Below are positions 10,876 through 21,660 of a stretch of DNA of 64,000 bases, piece after piece. The translations under genes and the position numbers were made by a program. Numbering within the stretch: position 1 is the stretch's first letter; the number at the start of each line of letters is the position of its first letter. The DNA comes from an uncultured Armatimonadetes bacterium. GTDB taxonomy: Bacteria > Armatimonadota > Hebobacteria > Hebobacterales > Hebobacteraceae. The stretch lies in the NCBI GenBank assembly GCA_963716175.1, contig OY970296.1, forward strand, positions 768,001 to 832,000, written 5' to 3'. The notes under the pieces are model-generated. The model saw nothing but the letters and a program-made list of their open reading frames with translations. It made no database searches and was not told where the DNA came from.

Positions 10876-11754
10876 TCATCGCCGGGCTTCGCCAGCTGGC
10901 TCCAGGACCGCCTGCCAGATCTCGACCTGCTTCGGACCCTCGTAGTTCTTTCCCACGATGGCCGACAGCGCGCCCGGCGTCAACCGCCCCACCTGCGCGT
11001 TGTGTGTGCCCGTGGTGGCCAGCACCAGGCGTTGCCACCGCTCCCCCGCCGGTCCGCGCCGGTACACCAGCAGGCGCTTACCGGGGCTCGTATGCATCTC
11101 GCCCGCCATCACCTCCAGCCACCCGTCTCCATCGAAGTCGGCCACCTCCAGGCTGTGCGCGCCTTCCAACGGCCCCACGTCAATGACGTGCTCGCGCCAG
11201 GTCGGATTCTCGAACCAGGAGAGGCGGCCACCACCATTGATGTCGCCGACCGCTAAGTCGTGCGCCCACCCGCCGCCGATGCGGTGGCGCTTCCAGCCCT
11301 CCGGGCGGAAGGGATCGCCGACCCGCTCATACCACTCGATCTGGTCGGTCTGCAGGTTACTCGCGATGACCTCGGCCTTGCCGTCCCCCTTGAGGTCGGC
11401 AACCTCGCCATCGGTGGTAAACTCGCCCGGGCCAATCACGTAGCGCTTCCAGTCCGGGTTGTGGTACCAGACCAGCCCGATCGACTCTTGCGACCCGACG
11501 ACGATGTCGGTGCGCCCGTCGCCGTCGAGATCGCCCATCGCGCAGACGTCGAGATACCCCTTATCTCCCGAGGGTGGGTTCGCATCAACGACTCTGTGCT
11601 CGAATCTCAACTCGTCAGCCACTGCGTCTCCTCCGGTCATTACCATCACCGAACAGAGCGCAACGATGAGTGTCAGGGTCAGGCCCGCGCGTGTCGCGCG
11701 GAGTGCAGTTCCGGCTCGCCTGCCGTATGGCCTTCTCATCGCACCACTTCCCAC
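10876..11754 (-). CDS. FG-GAP/VCBS repeat protein, probably internally deleted
   Basis: GDLDGDG, ADLKGDG, ADFDGDG repeats; GDINGGG runs straight into RLSWFENP where the paralog has about 100 more residues. Confidence 0.7.
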   Translation of the reverse strand: MGSGAMRRPYGRRAGTALRATRAGLTLTLIVALCSVMVMTGGDAVADELRFEHRVVDANPPSGDKGYLDVCAMGDLDGDGRTDIVVGSQESIGLVWYHNPDWKRYVIGPGEFTTDGEVADLKGDGKAEVIASNLQTDQIEWYERVGDPFRPEGWKRHRIGGGWAHDLAVGDINGGGRLSWFENPTWREHVIDVGPLEGAHSLEVADFDGDGWLEVMAGEMHTSPGKRLLVYRRGPAGERWQRLVLATTGTHNAQVGRLTPGALSAIVGKNYEGPKQVEIWQAVLEPAGEARR

Positions 11755-14012
11755 AGCTGTACGTAGACGCTGTCGGTCCAGCCATGGCTCATGATTCCGA
11801 GCTTGCCGCCGCCGAGGGCGATCACCTTCGCGCCGTCGTGGTGCTCGAAACGGTCGTCGACGACGAAACGCTTCCAGGCCCGCGCCTGTGCGTCCGCGGC
11901 CTTGTAGACGAGCAGCCGGCTGCGGGTGCGGTAGGGCCAGAACGGGTCATGCTCGCCGACGATGAGCTCAAGCTTCCCGTCGCCATCAAGGTCAGCGACA
12001 TCCAGCGAGTGCGGACTCCGCACCTTGTCGATCACGTGCACGATCCATGGCTTGCGCACATCCTCGGGCTGCGCGAAGTACCCGACCGGCGCGAAGAACG
12101 CCTTCCGCACGCCGTAGTCGAGTTTCTCCTCGACGAATACGATCTCCAGCTTCCCGTCGCCGTTGATATCCGCCGCGCGCACGCGGGCGATGCCCCGCGG
12201 CTCCTCCGAGATCACGCGCGGCACGAACGTGCCATCGCCCTTGTTCTCGAGCCACCAGCGGCCGGCGACGATGTCGAGGGCGCCGTCGCCAGTGAGATCG
12301 TGGGCCACCAACTCCTCGCCATACGGGATCTTCGCCAGCGTGCGCTTGGGCCACGGCTTGGTGGGATCACCAGGCACTTCGAACAGCTCAGGGCCAGCGC
12401 CGCCGTCGGTCGCGTCGTGGTAGCCGATCACGAGCGCGAGCTTGCCGCCGGGCAACAGCGGCGCAACGAGGCTTCCGTGGGGCCAGTCGCCGCTTCCCGT
12501 GCCGATGGCATGCTCCTCCCACTTGCCCTGGAGCGGATCGACGGGCTTGAGCCAGACCAGTTCGCTCGTGAGCCCGTCGTAGCCGGAGGAGGCGCCGGCC
12601 CGCTGCTTGGTAGCGAGGATCTCCTTGCGCCCGTCACCGTCGAGGTCATACGCGTTGATGACTTGGTGGACGCCAGGGATGCCGTGTCGTTCCCAGCCGC
12701 CATTCCGGTACCACCACGACCCGCACAGGACGTCGTTCTTGCCGTCCCCGTCCACATCGGCGGCCAGGATGTCGATGGCGGTGTAGGGTTTGTCGCGGTC
12801 GAGGAGGCGGTGCTCGAAGCGAACGGGCAGGGAAGGCCGGTCCGGGCGATCCCAGATGTGAACCGCAGGAACCTGCCACTGCTTCCCGATCACCTCGCGG
12901 GCGCCGTCGCCATCGATGTCGCGCATGACGGCCTGGTGCGTGCCCTGCCCTCTCGAGATGAGTTCGGACCACCAGGTCGCGCCATGGTCGGAGGTGGTGA
13001 ACTGGGCCACGCGGGCATCCCAGTTGCGGGGCGCGTCCCAGCCGCCGGCCGCCATCTCCGCGATGAAGATGTGGGCGCGCTTCCCCTCGTTCCAGGCCTC
13101 CAGCGAATGCGCGTAGACCCAGTCTCGGTCGATCTCATGCTCAATCCAGGGGTGTTGCGAGTTCTCACGGAGGCGGTTCTCGAACCAGGAGAAGCGGCCG
13201 TCCATGTACTCGGACTCGGCGATGACGATATCGGGGCGGCCGCGCCCGGTGATGTCGACCAACGCGGTGCGACACATCTCGCGGAAGTTGGGAGCGAAGA
13301 CGGTGCGCGGCCAGGGGCCCGCGTAGGGGCCGGCCTTCGGCTGGAGGTAGACGTATGGCCCGTGCACGAGGTCCAGCCGGCCGTCGCCATTGAGGTCGCC
13401 GATGGAGACGCCCTCGGCGAAGACGCCCTGATCGACGGCGTGCTTGCGCCAGGGTGCGGTAACGTCGGCTCCGGGCCGGTAGATGAAGAGGCCAGGGTGC
13501 GGGCAGTAGGCGGCATTCGCGATGAGCTCGCGCTTCCCGTCACCATCCATGTCGGCAAACAGGATATCGTGGGCGGACCCATCGCAGGCGTCGTCAATGA
13601 CATGGCGCTGCCAGGCGCCGTGCAGATCACCGTCAGGCCGGAACCAGACGATCCGCTGCGGACCGCCGGTCTCCTCGGCCGTCACCACCTCCAGGCGCCC
13701 GTCGCCGCCCACGTCCTCCAGGGCCAGCCCGACCCCGAAGGAGCCAAGGGCGACGCGGCCCCGCTCGCCCGTGGTCGGCCGATACCAGAGCAGCGACCCC
13801 TCGCCGCCGGTGACGATCTCCTGGCGGCCATCGCCGTCCAGGTCGCCTGCGGCCAGGCTCCCCAGGCTCTTCGCCTGGTCCGGGTCAGCATCCAGGATCG
13901 TCAGTTCCCAGCGTCCGTTCATGGACTTCTCCTTGGCGGCCGCGGGGCCCTGCGGAAGGCCCATCGAGACGGCCGCGCCCACCAGCACAATGAGAGCAAT
14001 CGGCAACTTCAT
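11736..14012 (-). CDS. Secreted FG-GAP/VCBS repeat protein with two propeller-like halves
   Basis: Many D-x-D-G-D-G Ca-binding motifs; signal peptide MKLPIALIVLVG. Confidence 0.9.
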   Translation of the reverse strand: MKLPIALIVLVGAAVSMGLPQGPAAAKEKSMNGRWELTILDADPDQAKSLGSLAAGDLDGDGRQEIVTGGEGSLLWYRPTTGERGRVALGSFGVGLALEDVGGDGRLEVVTAEETGGPQRIVWFRPDGDLHGAWQRHVIDDACDGSAHDILFADMDGDGKRELIANAAYCPHPGLFIYRPGADVTAPWRKHAVDQGVFAEGVSIGDLNGDGRLDLVHGPYVYLQPKAGPYAGPWPRTVFAPNFREMCRTALVDITGRGRPDIVIAESEYMDGRFSWFENRLRENSQHPWIEHEIDRDWVYAHSLEAWNEGKRAHIFIAEMAAGGWDAPRNWDARVAQFTTSDHGATWWSELISRGQGTHQAVMRDIDGDGAREVIGKQWQVPAVHIWDRPDRPSLPVRFEHRLLDRDKPYTAIDILAADVDGDGKNDVLCGSWWYRNGGWERHGIPGVHQVINAYDLDGDGRKEILATKQRAGASSGYDGLTSELVWLKPVDPLQGKWEEHAIGTGSGDWPHGSLVAPLLPGGKLALVIGYHDATDGGAGPELFEVPGDPTKPWPKRTLAKIPYGEELVAHDLTGDGALDIVAGRWWLENKGDGTFVPRVISEEPRGIARVRAADINGDGKLEIVFVEEKLDYGVRKAFFAPVGYFAQPEDVRKPWIVHVIDKVRSPHSLDVADLDGDGKLELIVGEHDPFWPYRTRSRLLVYKAADAQARAWKRFVVDDRFEHHDGAKVIALGGGKLGIMSHGWTDSVYVQLWEVVR

Positions 14013-14063
14013 GGTTCTCCCCAGGCCCTGTAGGCCAACACTGGAGGCGGAGCGGCGCACCCG

Positions 14064-14969
14064 TCACTTCCCGGCTGGCGTCACCGGGAGCTTGCCATCC
14101 GCAAGCTGCTTGCCGACGGCCAGCATCTCCTCCGCCCCTCCTATCACCAGATAGAGGTGGCCCGTGAACGGCCGCCGGTGGCCCTTGCTCGCATAGGGAG
14201 GACTCCACTCGACGTGCGGGAACCACTCGATCCCGCGGTACTCGCCTATGTGCTTCATCACGCTGGTGTCGGCCACCGGCATCACCCGGCCGAGACCCCG
14301 GCCGTTGGCCGGGTTGTAGACGCCGACAATGATCGATCCATGGTAGTTCAGCGACCCCGCGTCCTCCGGGTCTCCCTTCTCCTCCGGGAGCACGCTGTAG
14401 TACTGGTCGGGGTAGAGGACATGCCCCCGCACCCACTTCTCGGCCCCGTAGACAACCACCTTGCCGGTCGTGGTGCCACCGGGGGAGCCCCAGTCGACGA
14501 CGTTCACCCCGTACTCGAGGTAGTCCATCCTCAAGATGAGGCTATCGGCGTAGATGGTCACTTCCTCCACGGCCTGGTCCCCGTGGTAGGCCGTCGCCTT
14601 GGTCTTCGCCGGCGACTCCAGCCGCACCGTCATCCGATCCGGCCCGACGTGGGTCACCTCGGCCCTGGTGACCGGGCCCCGGCCCTCGTCCGCGCTGAGC
14701 CCCAGCTCATCCAGCATCGCCCCGGCCTGGTTCTCCTCCACTGCCTTGAGGACCAGCTCCTTGATGAAGGCCTCGCGCCCGCTTCCCTGCATCTCTGTCA
14801 CCGCGTAGCGGCAGCGGAGCTTGCTGTTCTCCAGCACCACCTGCATCCCGCCCAGGGGGTCGGGGGTGATGGTGATGCTCCCCCAAGCCGCGGCATAGGC
14901 CGGCAAGGCGCTCAGTCCGAGGATCACCAGGGCGAGCCCGGCTGCGGCCAGCCTCTCGATCATCTCCAT
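14064..14969 (-). CDS. Secreted hypothetical protein; IS110 inserted in its RBS
   Basis: AGGAG 7 nt before ATG (MEMIERLAAAGLALV signal peptide); co-oriented with the cluster. Confidence 0.75.
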   Translation of the reverse strand: MEMIERLAAAGLALVILGLSALPAYAAAWGSITITPDPLGGMQVVLENSKLRCRYAVTEMQGSGREAFIKELVLKAVEENQAGAMLDELGLSADEGRGPVTRAEVTHVGPDRMTVRLESPAKTKATAYHGDQAVEEVTIYADSLILRMDYLEYGVNVVDWGSPGGTTTGKVVVYGAEKWVRGHVLYPDQYYSVLPEEKGDPEDAGSLNYHGSIIVGVYNPANGRGLGRVMPVADTSVMKHIGEYRGIEWFPHVEWSPPYASKGHRRPFTGHLYLVIGGAEEMLAVGKQLADGKLPVTPAGK

Positions 14970-14989
14970 ACCCGTACTCCTATAATGCT

Positions 14990-15225
14990 GCAACTTGGAT
15001 ATCCGTACTGGTTTCACCAGTATGGAGTGGGTTATAGTCTCCGGGCCGGGGCGTCGGGCGCGAGGTCTTCATTTCAGTTACGGCGCGACCGAGAAGAGGA
15101 GAATGACCCCTCGGCGACCGGTCCGGAGCTTGGATTGCAACCTGCGGCACGACCGCGGAATTCAGGAGTCGAAGCGGGACCGGAGGCGACGAGGAGCTCC
15201 CGCGCTGGCGGCAGATCCATTGCCG
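14990..15225 (+). ncRNA. Putative bridge-RNA-like leader of IS110 copy 1
   Basis: About 250-nt noncoding leader after TATAAT; hairpin 15002-15026 and stem/internal-loop/stem 15118-15183. Confidence 0.6.
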
Positions 15226-15237
15226 AGGAGGTGGTGT

Positions 15238-16663
15238 ATGGCGGAAGCGAGGTTGTTGTGCGTGGGCATCGATGTCTCGTCGCGCTCCCTGGAGGTCGGC
15301 TTCTGCGATGGCAGCGGAGCGCCCATCGGCGGCGTGCAGTCCTTCCCCAACGACGCGACCGGCGCGGCCGCGCTCGGCGAGGCCGTGATGGTGATCGCAC
15401 GCGTGTGCGGTCGCGGCACCCAGGTGATGGCGGCGGTGGAGTCCACCGGCGAATATCATCGGGTGGCGGCGAAGGCGCTGCGGGCAGAGACGCGTCGGAC
15501 GATCCAGGTGCACGTGCTCAATCCCCGCGAGGTCAAGTGGTTCCGCAAGCTGGAGCTCAAGGACACCAAGACCGACCGGGTGGATGCCGAGCTGATCGCC
15601 CGATTCCTGGCGAAGATCCGCCCCCAGCCCCGCGCCCCCATGCCCGAGGGATTCGAAGCGCTCCAGGATGCCACTCGCACCCGGCGCCGCTGCGTGGAGG
15701 ATCGCACCTCGCTCAAGAATCGGCTCCACCGGCTGCTGCGCACTCACTTCCCCGGCTATCGGGAAACGCTGGGTGCCAAGTTCAGCGTCCGCACCCTGGT
15801 GGCGCTGGCCGCCTGCCCCTCGCCCCAGGAGCTGCTCCGGCGGGGTGAGGCTCGCCTGAGTGAGTTGCGCAACTCCGACGGCAAGCGTGTCGGAGCCGCC
15901 TTCGCCCGGAAACTGATCGCCCTGGCGAAAGCTGCCCCCGCGCCAACTGCCGATGATGGCGCGTCTCTCCATCCAGGACGCGGCCGTCCGCATCCTGCAA
16001 CTGAATCGTTTCCTTCACGGCATGGACGCAGCCGTCGCCCAGGAGCTGGAGCGGCTCTTCCCAGATACGGTTCTGGCTTCGGTGCCGGGCCTGGGCCCGG
16101 TCTCGGTGGCTTCCATCCTGGCCGAGACAGCCGACATCCGTCGCTTCCCGCACAAAGAGACTTTCGTGGGCTACTGTGGGCTCTATCCCATTGCCTGGGA
16201 GAGCGGAGACACCAAGCTGCGCTTCCGCATGACCCGCAAGGGCAACCGCATGCTGAAGATGACTCTGCTGGTGGCCTCGGCCGCCGCCCGCCAATACAAC
16301 CCGGCGATCCGCCACTTCTACGCCCGCCTGCGAGCCCGAGGCAAATCCAAGAAAGCAGCCGGAGGTGCCATCGCCCGAAAGATGGCTGAGATCGTCTGGG
16401 CCGTGCTCACCTTCAATCAACCTTGGTCGGAAGAGATCGCCCTGCGCGGAATCGCTCGGGGAGAAGAGATGGCCCAGACACCGAAGGGGGAGCGACGCCT
16501 CACTGGAGATGCCGCGGGTCAAGCCCCGATGCAATCGGGACGACCACTCAAGGCGGCGTCGAGGTCTCGCGCTCCCCAGCGTAATTCTACCATCAGCGCT
16601 GGGAAAAACAAGCCGCCACATCTCCAACTTACTCGCTATGCCAGAGGCACGATTACCCCTTGA
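15238..16663 (+). pseudogene. IS110 recombinase frameshifted by a 2-bp deletion near 15940
   Basis: GIDVS/VESTG/KTDRVDA DEDD residues and WESG serine; reads gcccccgcgccaac where copy 2 reads gcccccgcgcgccaac. Confidence 0.88.
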
Positions 16664-16927
16664 CATCAGTTATTGCATCTCCTCTCCCGCTCACGGTCTG
16701 TGCTCGACGAACAGCACCGGCCCCGGCCAGTTCACCTCCGCCGCGTGCTCCTCCGTGCTGGAGCAGAGATGGAAGGCGTTGTGCTCCCCAGAGACCCTAT
16801 CCGGGCACTCCTGGGCGGTTTCCTTCCTCGCTGAGTCGGGGCTGTCCTTGCCTGATGAGTGCCGTTTCGGGCTTCCTGCTTACTGCCGGATGCATGTCGC
16901 AGTGCCATCGGGCCCCATACCCGACAA

Positions 16928-16984
16928 GACCTCGGGCCGTGGCTCCAGCCAAGGCGGCAGCCTGAGTCGGGCGTGCCCGGGGAC
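16928..16984 (+). repeat. Dispersed imperfect-hairpin repeat copy
   Basis: cctcgggccgtggctccagccaaggcggcagcctgagtcgggcgtgcccgggg aligns with copies at 19630, 21345 and 33597. Confidence 0.65.
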
Positions 16985-17121
16985 TCTCCGTGCTCGCCGC
17001 GCAGCCCCTAGCGGTGCTGAGCCCAAACAGCCCCATCTCGGATGCACTGGGAATCGGGGTTCAGATCCCTTTTGGTTGGGAAGGTGCTGGTAGTCTGTAG
17101 AAGCGCAGCCGCGCTCGATGA

Positions 17122-17433
17122 TCACGCGCTAGGCCCGAACTCGCGTCTGACTTCGAAAACCACCGGAGTCTTCGGATCCGGGCAGGCATGGACTACCGCA
17201 TCGGCGTCTGCTGCCCAGCGGAAGCGCGCTTCGTTGTGGAGCGCATACACCTTGGGCATCAGGGAAGTCAGCGCCCCCAAGCAGATGGTCCCCTGTACGT
17301 TGACACACGCGTCGTTGACGCACTCGAACACGATCTGATCTCCGGGTTGGTGTACGCGACAGCCGTTGGATTCCCGTACGGCGACGATGATCCTCATCGG
17401 AGCAGGCCGCCTTTCCTCACCACTTGTACTCAT
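17122..17433 (-). CDS. TIGR04076-like small Cys-containing protein
   Basis: GC.VHQPGD.I...IC..AL..L.P....CPDP..PVVFEVRR pattern; AAGGA RBS. Confidence 0.75.
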   Translation of the reverse strand: MSTSGEERRPAPMRIIVAVRESNGCRVHQPGDQIVFECVNDACVNVQGTICLGALTSLMPKVYALHNEARFRWAADADAVVHACPDPKTPVVFEVRREFGPSA

Positions 17434-17805
17434 CGACGTTCCTTTCTCTCGTCTCGTATCTCGCGAGACCCTTGGAGTACGTGTCCGTGTCAAACGCCGA
17501 TGGGACACCCCACACCGGCTTCTGAGCTTGCATGGCAGGCGGAGTCGGTCTACCATATGAGACCTTTGGGCGGCACCTCCGAGCGCCCTACTCTGACTTC
17601 AAGTGGTACAGGAGCAGTGCCGGGCAAACAACTCCCCAAGGCTCTCAGGCCGGCTCCATGGGCGGTTGGCATGGACAGCCAGCGTCAGGTCACAGAGGAC
17701 GAGCGAACGCCCCTCAGCGTCCAGCTGCACGTTGTCGCGAGCCGGCCCCGCTCGAACGCCTCCGCGGTCGGCGTCTGATCTGTCAGCGTCACGGCCATCA
17801 CTTCC

Positions 17806-19294
17806 TCACTTGCCTTCCACGACCACGTGCAGCCGCGCGGTGGCCGTGACCTCTCCTTCGGTGTGCTCCACCCGCACGAGGTAGTGGCCGGGCTTGGCGT
17901 AACGATGCACCGTCGGCACGTAGCCATCCGGGGCCATCGCGTCACTCCCATCCGGCCTGACCGGGTTGCACGTCACCCTCACCGGAGGCGTCCCGTCGCC
18001 GAAGTCCCACGCCGCGGTGCCGTCCACCGCGTTGAACACCCGCACCAGGAACGTCACCGGATCACCCGGCTTGATGGCCAGCGTCGGCGCGTAGGTGGCA
18101 TGGATACCGGCCGGCATCTTGTCTTTCGCCGAATCGAACACCTGAACCACGGCGAAGTCGTAGTCCACGCGGCCGCTGGCATCGGAGACCTGCACAGTCT
18201 CGCTGTAGATGCCGGGTCGCGGCATACTTGCGCGTCACCTGCGCCCTGTCAAACGTGCTCCCGTCGCTGAGCGTCCATCGGTACGTTCGCGTCCCGTCCT
18301 GGGACCAGGAGCGGGAGGCGTCGAGCGCCACCGCCTGGCCTGGGGACACCAGCGTGTGCGGTCGCGCTACCGCCAGCACCGGGGGGTGTTGCGCGCGCCG
18401 GTAGGCCTCTATCAGGTACGCGTATCCCTCCTCAGCCCCCCACTTGCCGGAGGGCTGCCGGGCGAAGATGCCGTAGTGTAGGTGCGACCAGCCGCCGCTG
18501 TCACCCTCCTTGCCGAGGAGGCCGATCAGGTCGCCCTGGCGGAGGCGCGCCCCCATCTCTATGCCTGGCGCGAAGCTCTTCAGATGGCAGTACAAGTGCA
18601 TCCACCCGCGGTCATCGAGGACCACGATGCGTTCGTCCCGCGGGTCATACCACGACCCGACATCCTTCTGCTTCTCTTTCCCCTTCGCCACGATCACCCC
18701 ATCAGTCGCGGACACCACCTCGATCAGTCCCTCCGCGCCGCCGAGGTCGAGGCCGTCGTGATAGTAGATGCGCTCGCGGCTGATATCCGGGGTGACGTCC
18801 ACGTAGCAGGCCTCGTTCGCCATCTGCGTCATGCTCGCGAACCAGCGCTGCCGCGCGGGGTAGGTGAACGTGCCCGGCTCGGTCCAGGACGAGCCGGCGG
18901 GCCAGACGCGCAGGCGCGCATCCTTCTCCAACCCCCAGGAGTCGGAGCCGGTATTCCGGTAGTAGGCCTTGGTGATGGGGCAGTCTACCTGCACCTTCCC
19001 CACCGTCGTCGGCAGGTTGTAGTTGCCGCTGGCGAGCCACACCTCCTCCTCACCGATCCGCACCTTCACCTTCGCCGCGACCACCGCGTCCGACAGTGGG
19101 TTGGTGGTCTCGGCCAGCTCCAGCAACTGCACCCGCACCGTCTCGCCGTTGCTGAGCTTCACCTGCGCGGCCTCTCCCACGCGCAGATCCACCACGCGCC
19201 GCAGCGGCTCCGCCGGACGCGCCGCACCGTGCGAGAGCGTCGCTGCTAGGCCGAGGCATAGCCAGACGAACGTCAGAGAAACGGTCTGGTGCAC
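17806..19294 (-). pseudogene. Secreted M23-family peptidase with PKD domains, +1 frameshift near 18222
   Basis: YHDGLD, YCHL and SHLHY M23 motifs; a PKD domain is split between ORFs 18062-19294 and 17806-18225 (may be a sequencing indel). Confidence 0.8.
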
Positions 19295-19629
19295 CGTGAG
19301 CTTCCTCCGATCCCTACCGGTTCCACGCCAGGCGATGTGCTCCTATCGCTACATGTCGGGTGTCGGTTTTCGGGCGCGGCCCCGGCGAGACTGGAAGATG
19401 TCCCGCGACCGCATGGACGTCACAGGGCGTAGTGCCCAAAAACTCATCTGGTTCCCAGAACGCTCCTGCAGCTCCCATCGTGGTGTTCTCAGCGATCGCT
19501 GAGACTCCTGTGATGGAAGGCGCGGAGGAAGGGAGATGATGATTGGCTGGGGCTGAACTGGGCGGGCCTGCCCGTGATCGCCACCGTGGTGCGGGTGCTG
19601 TGCCATACCGGACGCAGACGCGAACGAAC

Positions 19630-19690
19630 CCTGGCAGTGACTCCCAGCCGAGGGGGTAGCCGGAGTCGGGAGTGGCCGGGAGTGCCAAGC
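19630..19690 (+). repeat. Dispersed imperfect-hairpin repeat copy
   Basis: gtgactcccagccgagggggtagccggagtcggg. Confidence 0.7.
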
Positions 19691-19924
19691 CGCGGTCTTC
19701 ACTGGGGCACGATATCGTGCGGAAGTAGCCGCCCCGGGCGAGCCCAGAACACGCCTAGGGCGGTCCTACGGACGCCTGCCACCCCCAGGCTGGTTCACGT
19801 AGGGCGCCGCCTAGGGCCGCCCCTTGCCTGATCCCGTGGTGATCCGGCGCCCATGGAGAGCAGGCCCGCAGGCGAAGAGATCGAGGCCAGGACGGCCAAG
19901 GGAAGGACGCACTGACTTAGCATT

Positions 19925-19980
19925 CTGGGTGGGTTGGTTCTGGACGCCCATGGTGGGTCAGTCTTCGATGCCGATCCGCG
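19925..19980 (+). mobile_element. IS21-family right-end remnant
   Basis: Tandem ggtgggtyrgt.yt.gaygcc.at units, resembling IS21 subterminal transposase-binding repeats. Confidence 0.5.
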
Positions 19981-20047
19981 ACCGCGAGAGGACGACCGCG
20001 TGGTGTCCAGAAACCACCTCAGGAGATTCACCGGGAGGAGCAGCACC

Positions 20048-21178
20048 ATGCAGCAGGCCGTATTCGGCATCATCGGGGCCGGACACATCGCCAGTAGTCA
20101 GCACCTACCCAATCTCACCCGCGCGCCGCACGTGCGGCTAAAGACGGTGTGCGATTTCGATCGCGCGAAGGTGGAGGTGGCGCAGGCAGCCTATGGGATT
20201 CCTCATGGCGTCACCGATATGGAGGAGGTGCTGGCCGACGATGAGATTCAGGCCGTGGTCGTCGCCACCGCGGAGGAGGCGCACGTGCCGCTCACGCTGG
20301 CGGCGCTGCAGGCGGGCAAGTCAGTGTACGTGGAGAAGCCCCTGGCCGACACGGCGGAAGCGTGCGAGGCGGTGGTCGAGGCGCAGCGCGCGTCGGGCAA
20401 GCTGGTAGCGGTGGGCTTCAACCGGCGCTTCGCCCCGGCCTACGTGCGCGCCAAGCAGCTCGCCCAGCAGTACGGGGGGATCTGGAACTTCCACTACCGG
20501 ATCGCGGACGAATACTGGCGGTGGGGCCGGGATCTCCTGCCGGGGACGCGAGTCATGCACGAGGTGTGTCATATCTTCGATATCCTTCGCTGGATGACCG
20601 GCCAGGAGGTGCAGTCGGTGTACTGCGTCTCTTCCCGCCCGGACGACGAGATCATCGCCATGCAGCTGAGTGGCGGATGTGTCGCCTCCATCATGGACAG
20701 CGGCTACGGGTCGATGGACATGCCCAAGGAGTATCTCGCCCTCATGGTGGAGCGCGGCGGCGTCACGGTGGAAGACTTCGTGGAACTGCGCTGCTTTGGT
20801 CGCGACACGGAACCGTGCGTGGAGCACTTCGCCGGGCACACGCACCCCAAGTCCGAGTTCGGCTATCGCCCGCTCTACGAGAAGCTTGGGAGAGAGGCGC
20901 TGTACGCGATGCGGCGAGCGGGGTGGGAGATACGAGAGCAGCTCGAGCGGCGGGAGTTGCAGGGGCCGCACGCGGCGGAGGCAGAGCGCTTCCTGGGCTC
21001 CGTCGCCTGGAACTACACCGGCGACAAGGGATGGCTGGCGGCGGTGGATCACTTCGCCTCCTGTGTCACCACCGGTGACCAGCCGGGAACGGCCGGCGCC
21101 GCGGACGGCCTGCAGGCGACGCGCCTGGCACTGGCGGCGATGCGGAGCCGGGAGACGGGAGAGGTGGTGCGGCTGTAG
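20048..21178 (+). CDS. Gfo/Idh/MocA family oxidoreductase
   Basis: GIIGAGHIA, VYVEKPLA, VGFNRRF, HEVCHIFD; GGAGGAG RBS. Confidence 0.93.
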   Translation: MQQAVFGIIGAGHIASSQHLPNLTRAPHVRLKTVCDFDRAKVEVAQAAYGIPHGVTDMEEVLADDEIQAVVVATAEEAHVPLTLAALQAGKSVYVEKPLADTAEACEAVVEAQRASGKLVAVGFNRRFAPAYVRAKQLAQQYGGIWNFHYRIADEYWRWGRDLLPGTRVMHEVCHIFDILRWMTGQEVQSVYCVSSRPDDEIIAMQLSGGCVASIMDSGYGSMDMPKEYLALMVERGGVTVEDFVELRCFGRDTEPCVEHFAGHTHPKSEFGYRPLYEKLGREALYAMRRAGWEIREQLERRELQGPHAAEAERFLGSVAWNYTGDKGWLAAVDHFASCVTTGDQPGTAGAADGLQATRLALAAMRSRETGEVVRL

Positions 21179-21282
21179 CGAAAGCCGACACAGGAGGTAG
21201 ATCCCCGTCGGGTGCACTCCAGTCCGGTGTAGGGCAGCGGCTAGGCCGACCCTCAGGTCGTTTTGTGCTTGCTAGATCGCGC

Positions 21283-21415
21283 TGGGACACCCCTGAGCGG
21301 CCTCTGAGCTTGCCTGCGGGCGAGGATCAGCCCTACACGCGGGCGACCCTCGGGCCGGTGCCTCCGAGCCGAGGGGTAGCCGGAGTCGGGGGTGCCCGAG
21401 GCCGTCGCCCAGGAG
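21283..21415 (+). repeat. Longest copy of the dispersed repeat; its 5' part recurs at 17501-17585
   Basis: tgggacacccc..cggcytctgagcttgc is shared with 17501; followed by the hairpin CCTCGGGC...GCCCGAGG. Confidence 0.7.
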
Positions 21416-21500
21416 CTTCGCCGGGGTGGCCGATGGCCCTGCTCGATAGCGGGACACCTGTGTTCCTGGGGGATGACTGCGGCCTGAGCGCGAGTGGAGC

Positions 21501-21660
21501 GATAGCTCAGATGGTAGAGCTTACAGCAGAGGCTAGCACACCTGAACTGAAGACGACGATCGGGTGCCGGGTTAGCTCAGGTGGTAGAGCTTACAGCAGA
21601 CGCTAGCATACCTGAACTGAAGACGACGATTGGGTGCCGGGTTAGCTCAGGTGGTAGAGC
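21501..21660 (+). repeat. 70-bp tandem repeat (about 2.3 units) including the tRNA-Phe 5' end
   Basis: 21501-21570 and 21571-21640 differ at 5 positions; TAGCTCAGRTGGTAGAGC occurs three times. Confidence 0.9.

Larger units (their letters stand above)
14977..16683 (+). mobile_element. IS110-family element, copy 1
   Basis: Near-identical to 47744-49452; bounded by a CTCCT core at both ends; no terminal inverted repeats. Confidence 0.93.

Noticed and set aside
9144-14033. Long plus-strand ORFs (553 aa and 787 aa)
   Set aside because: Antisense shadows of well-supported minus-strand genes, typical of high-GC DNA
17440-17560. Riboswitch upstream of the TIGR04076-like gene
   Set aside because: No recognisable aptamer consensus; much of the region belongs to the dispersed repeat family
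18215-18230. Programmed frameshifting in the M23/PKD gene (likewise the SLH gene and IS110 copy 1)
   Set aside because: No slippery heptamer or long homopolymer; 1-2 bp indels are better explained by mutation or sequencing error
21345-21400. HDV-like (theta) ribozyme near tRNA-Phe
   Set aside because: A pseudoknot is possible, but the catalytic C in J4/2 and the P3/L3 consensus are not conserved across copies
21501-21660. Repeat-spacer pattern upstream of tRNA-Phe as a mini-CRISPR
   Set aside because: The 'spacers' are near-identical, so it is a tandem duplication
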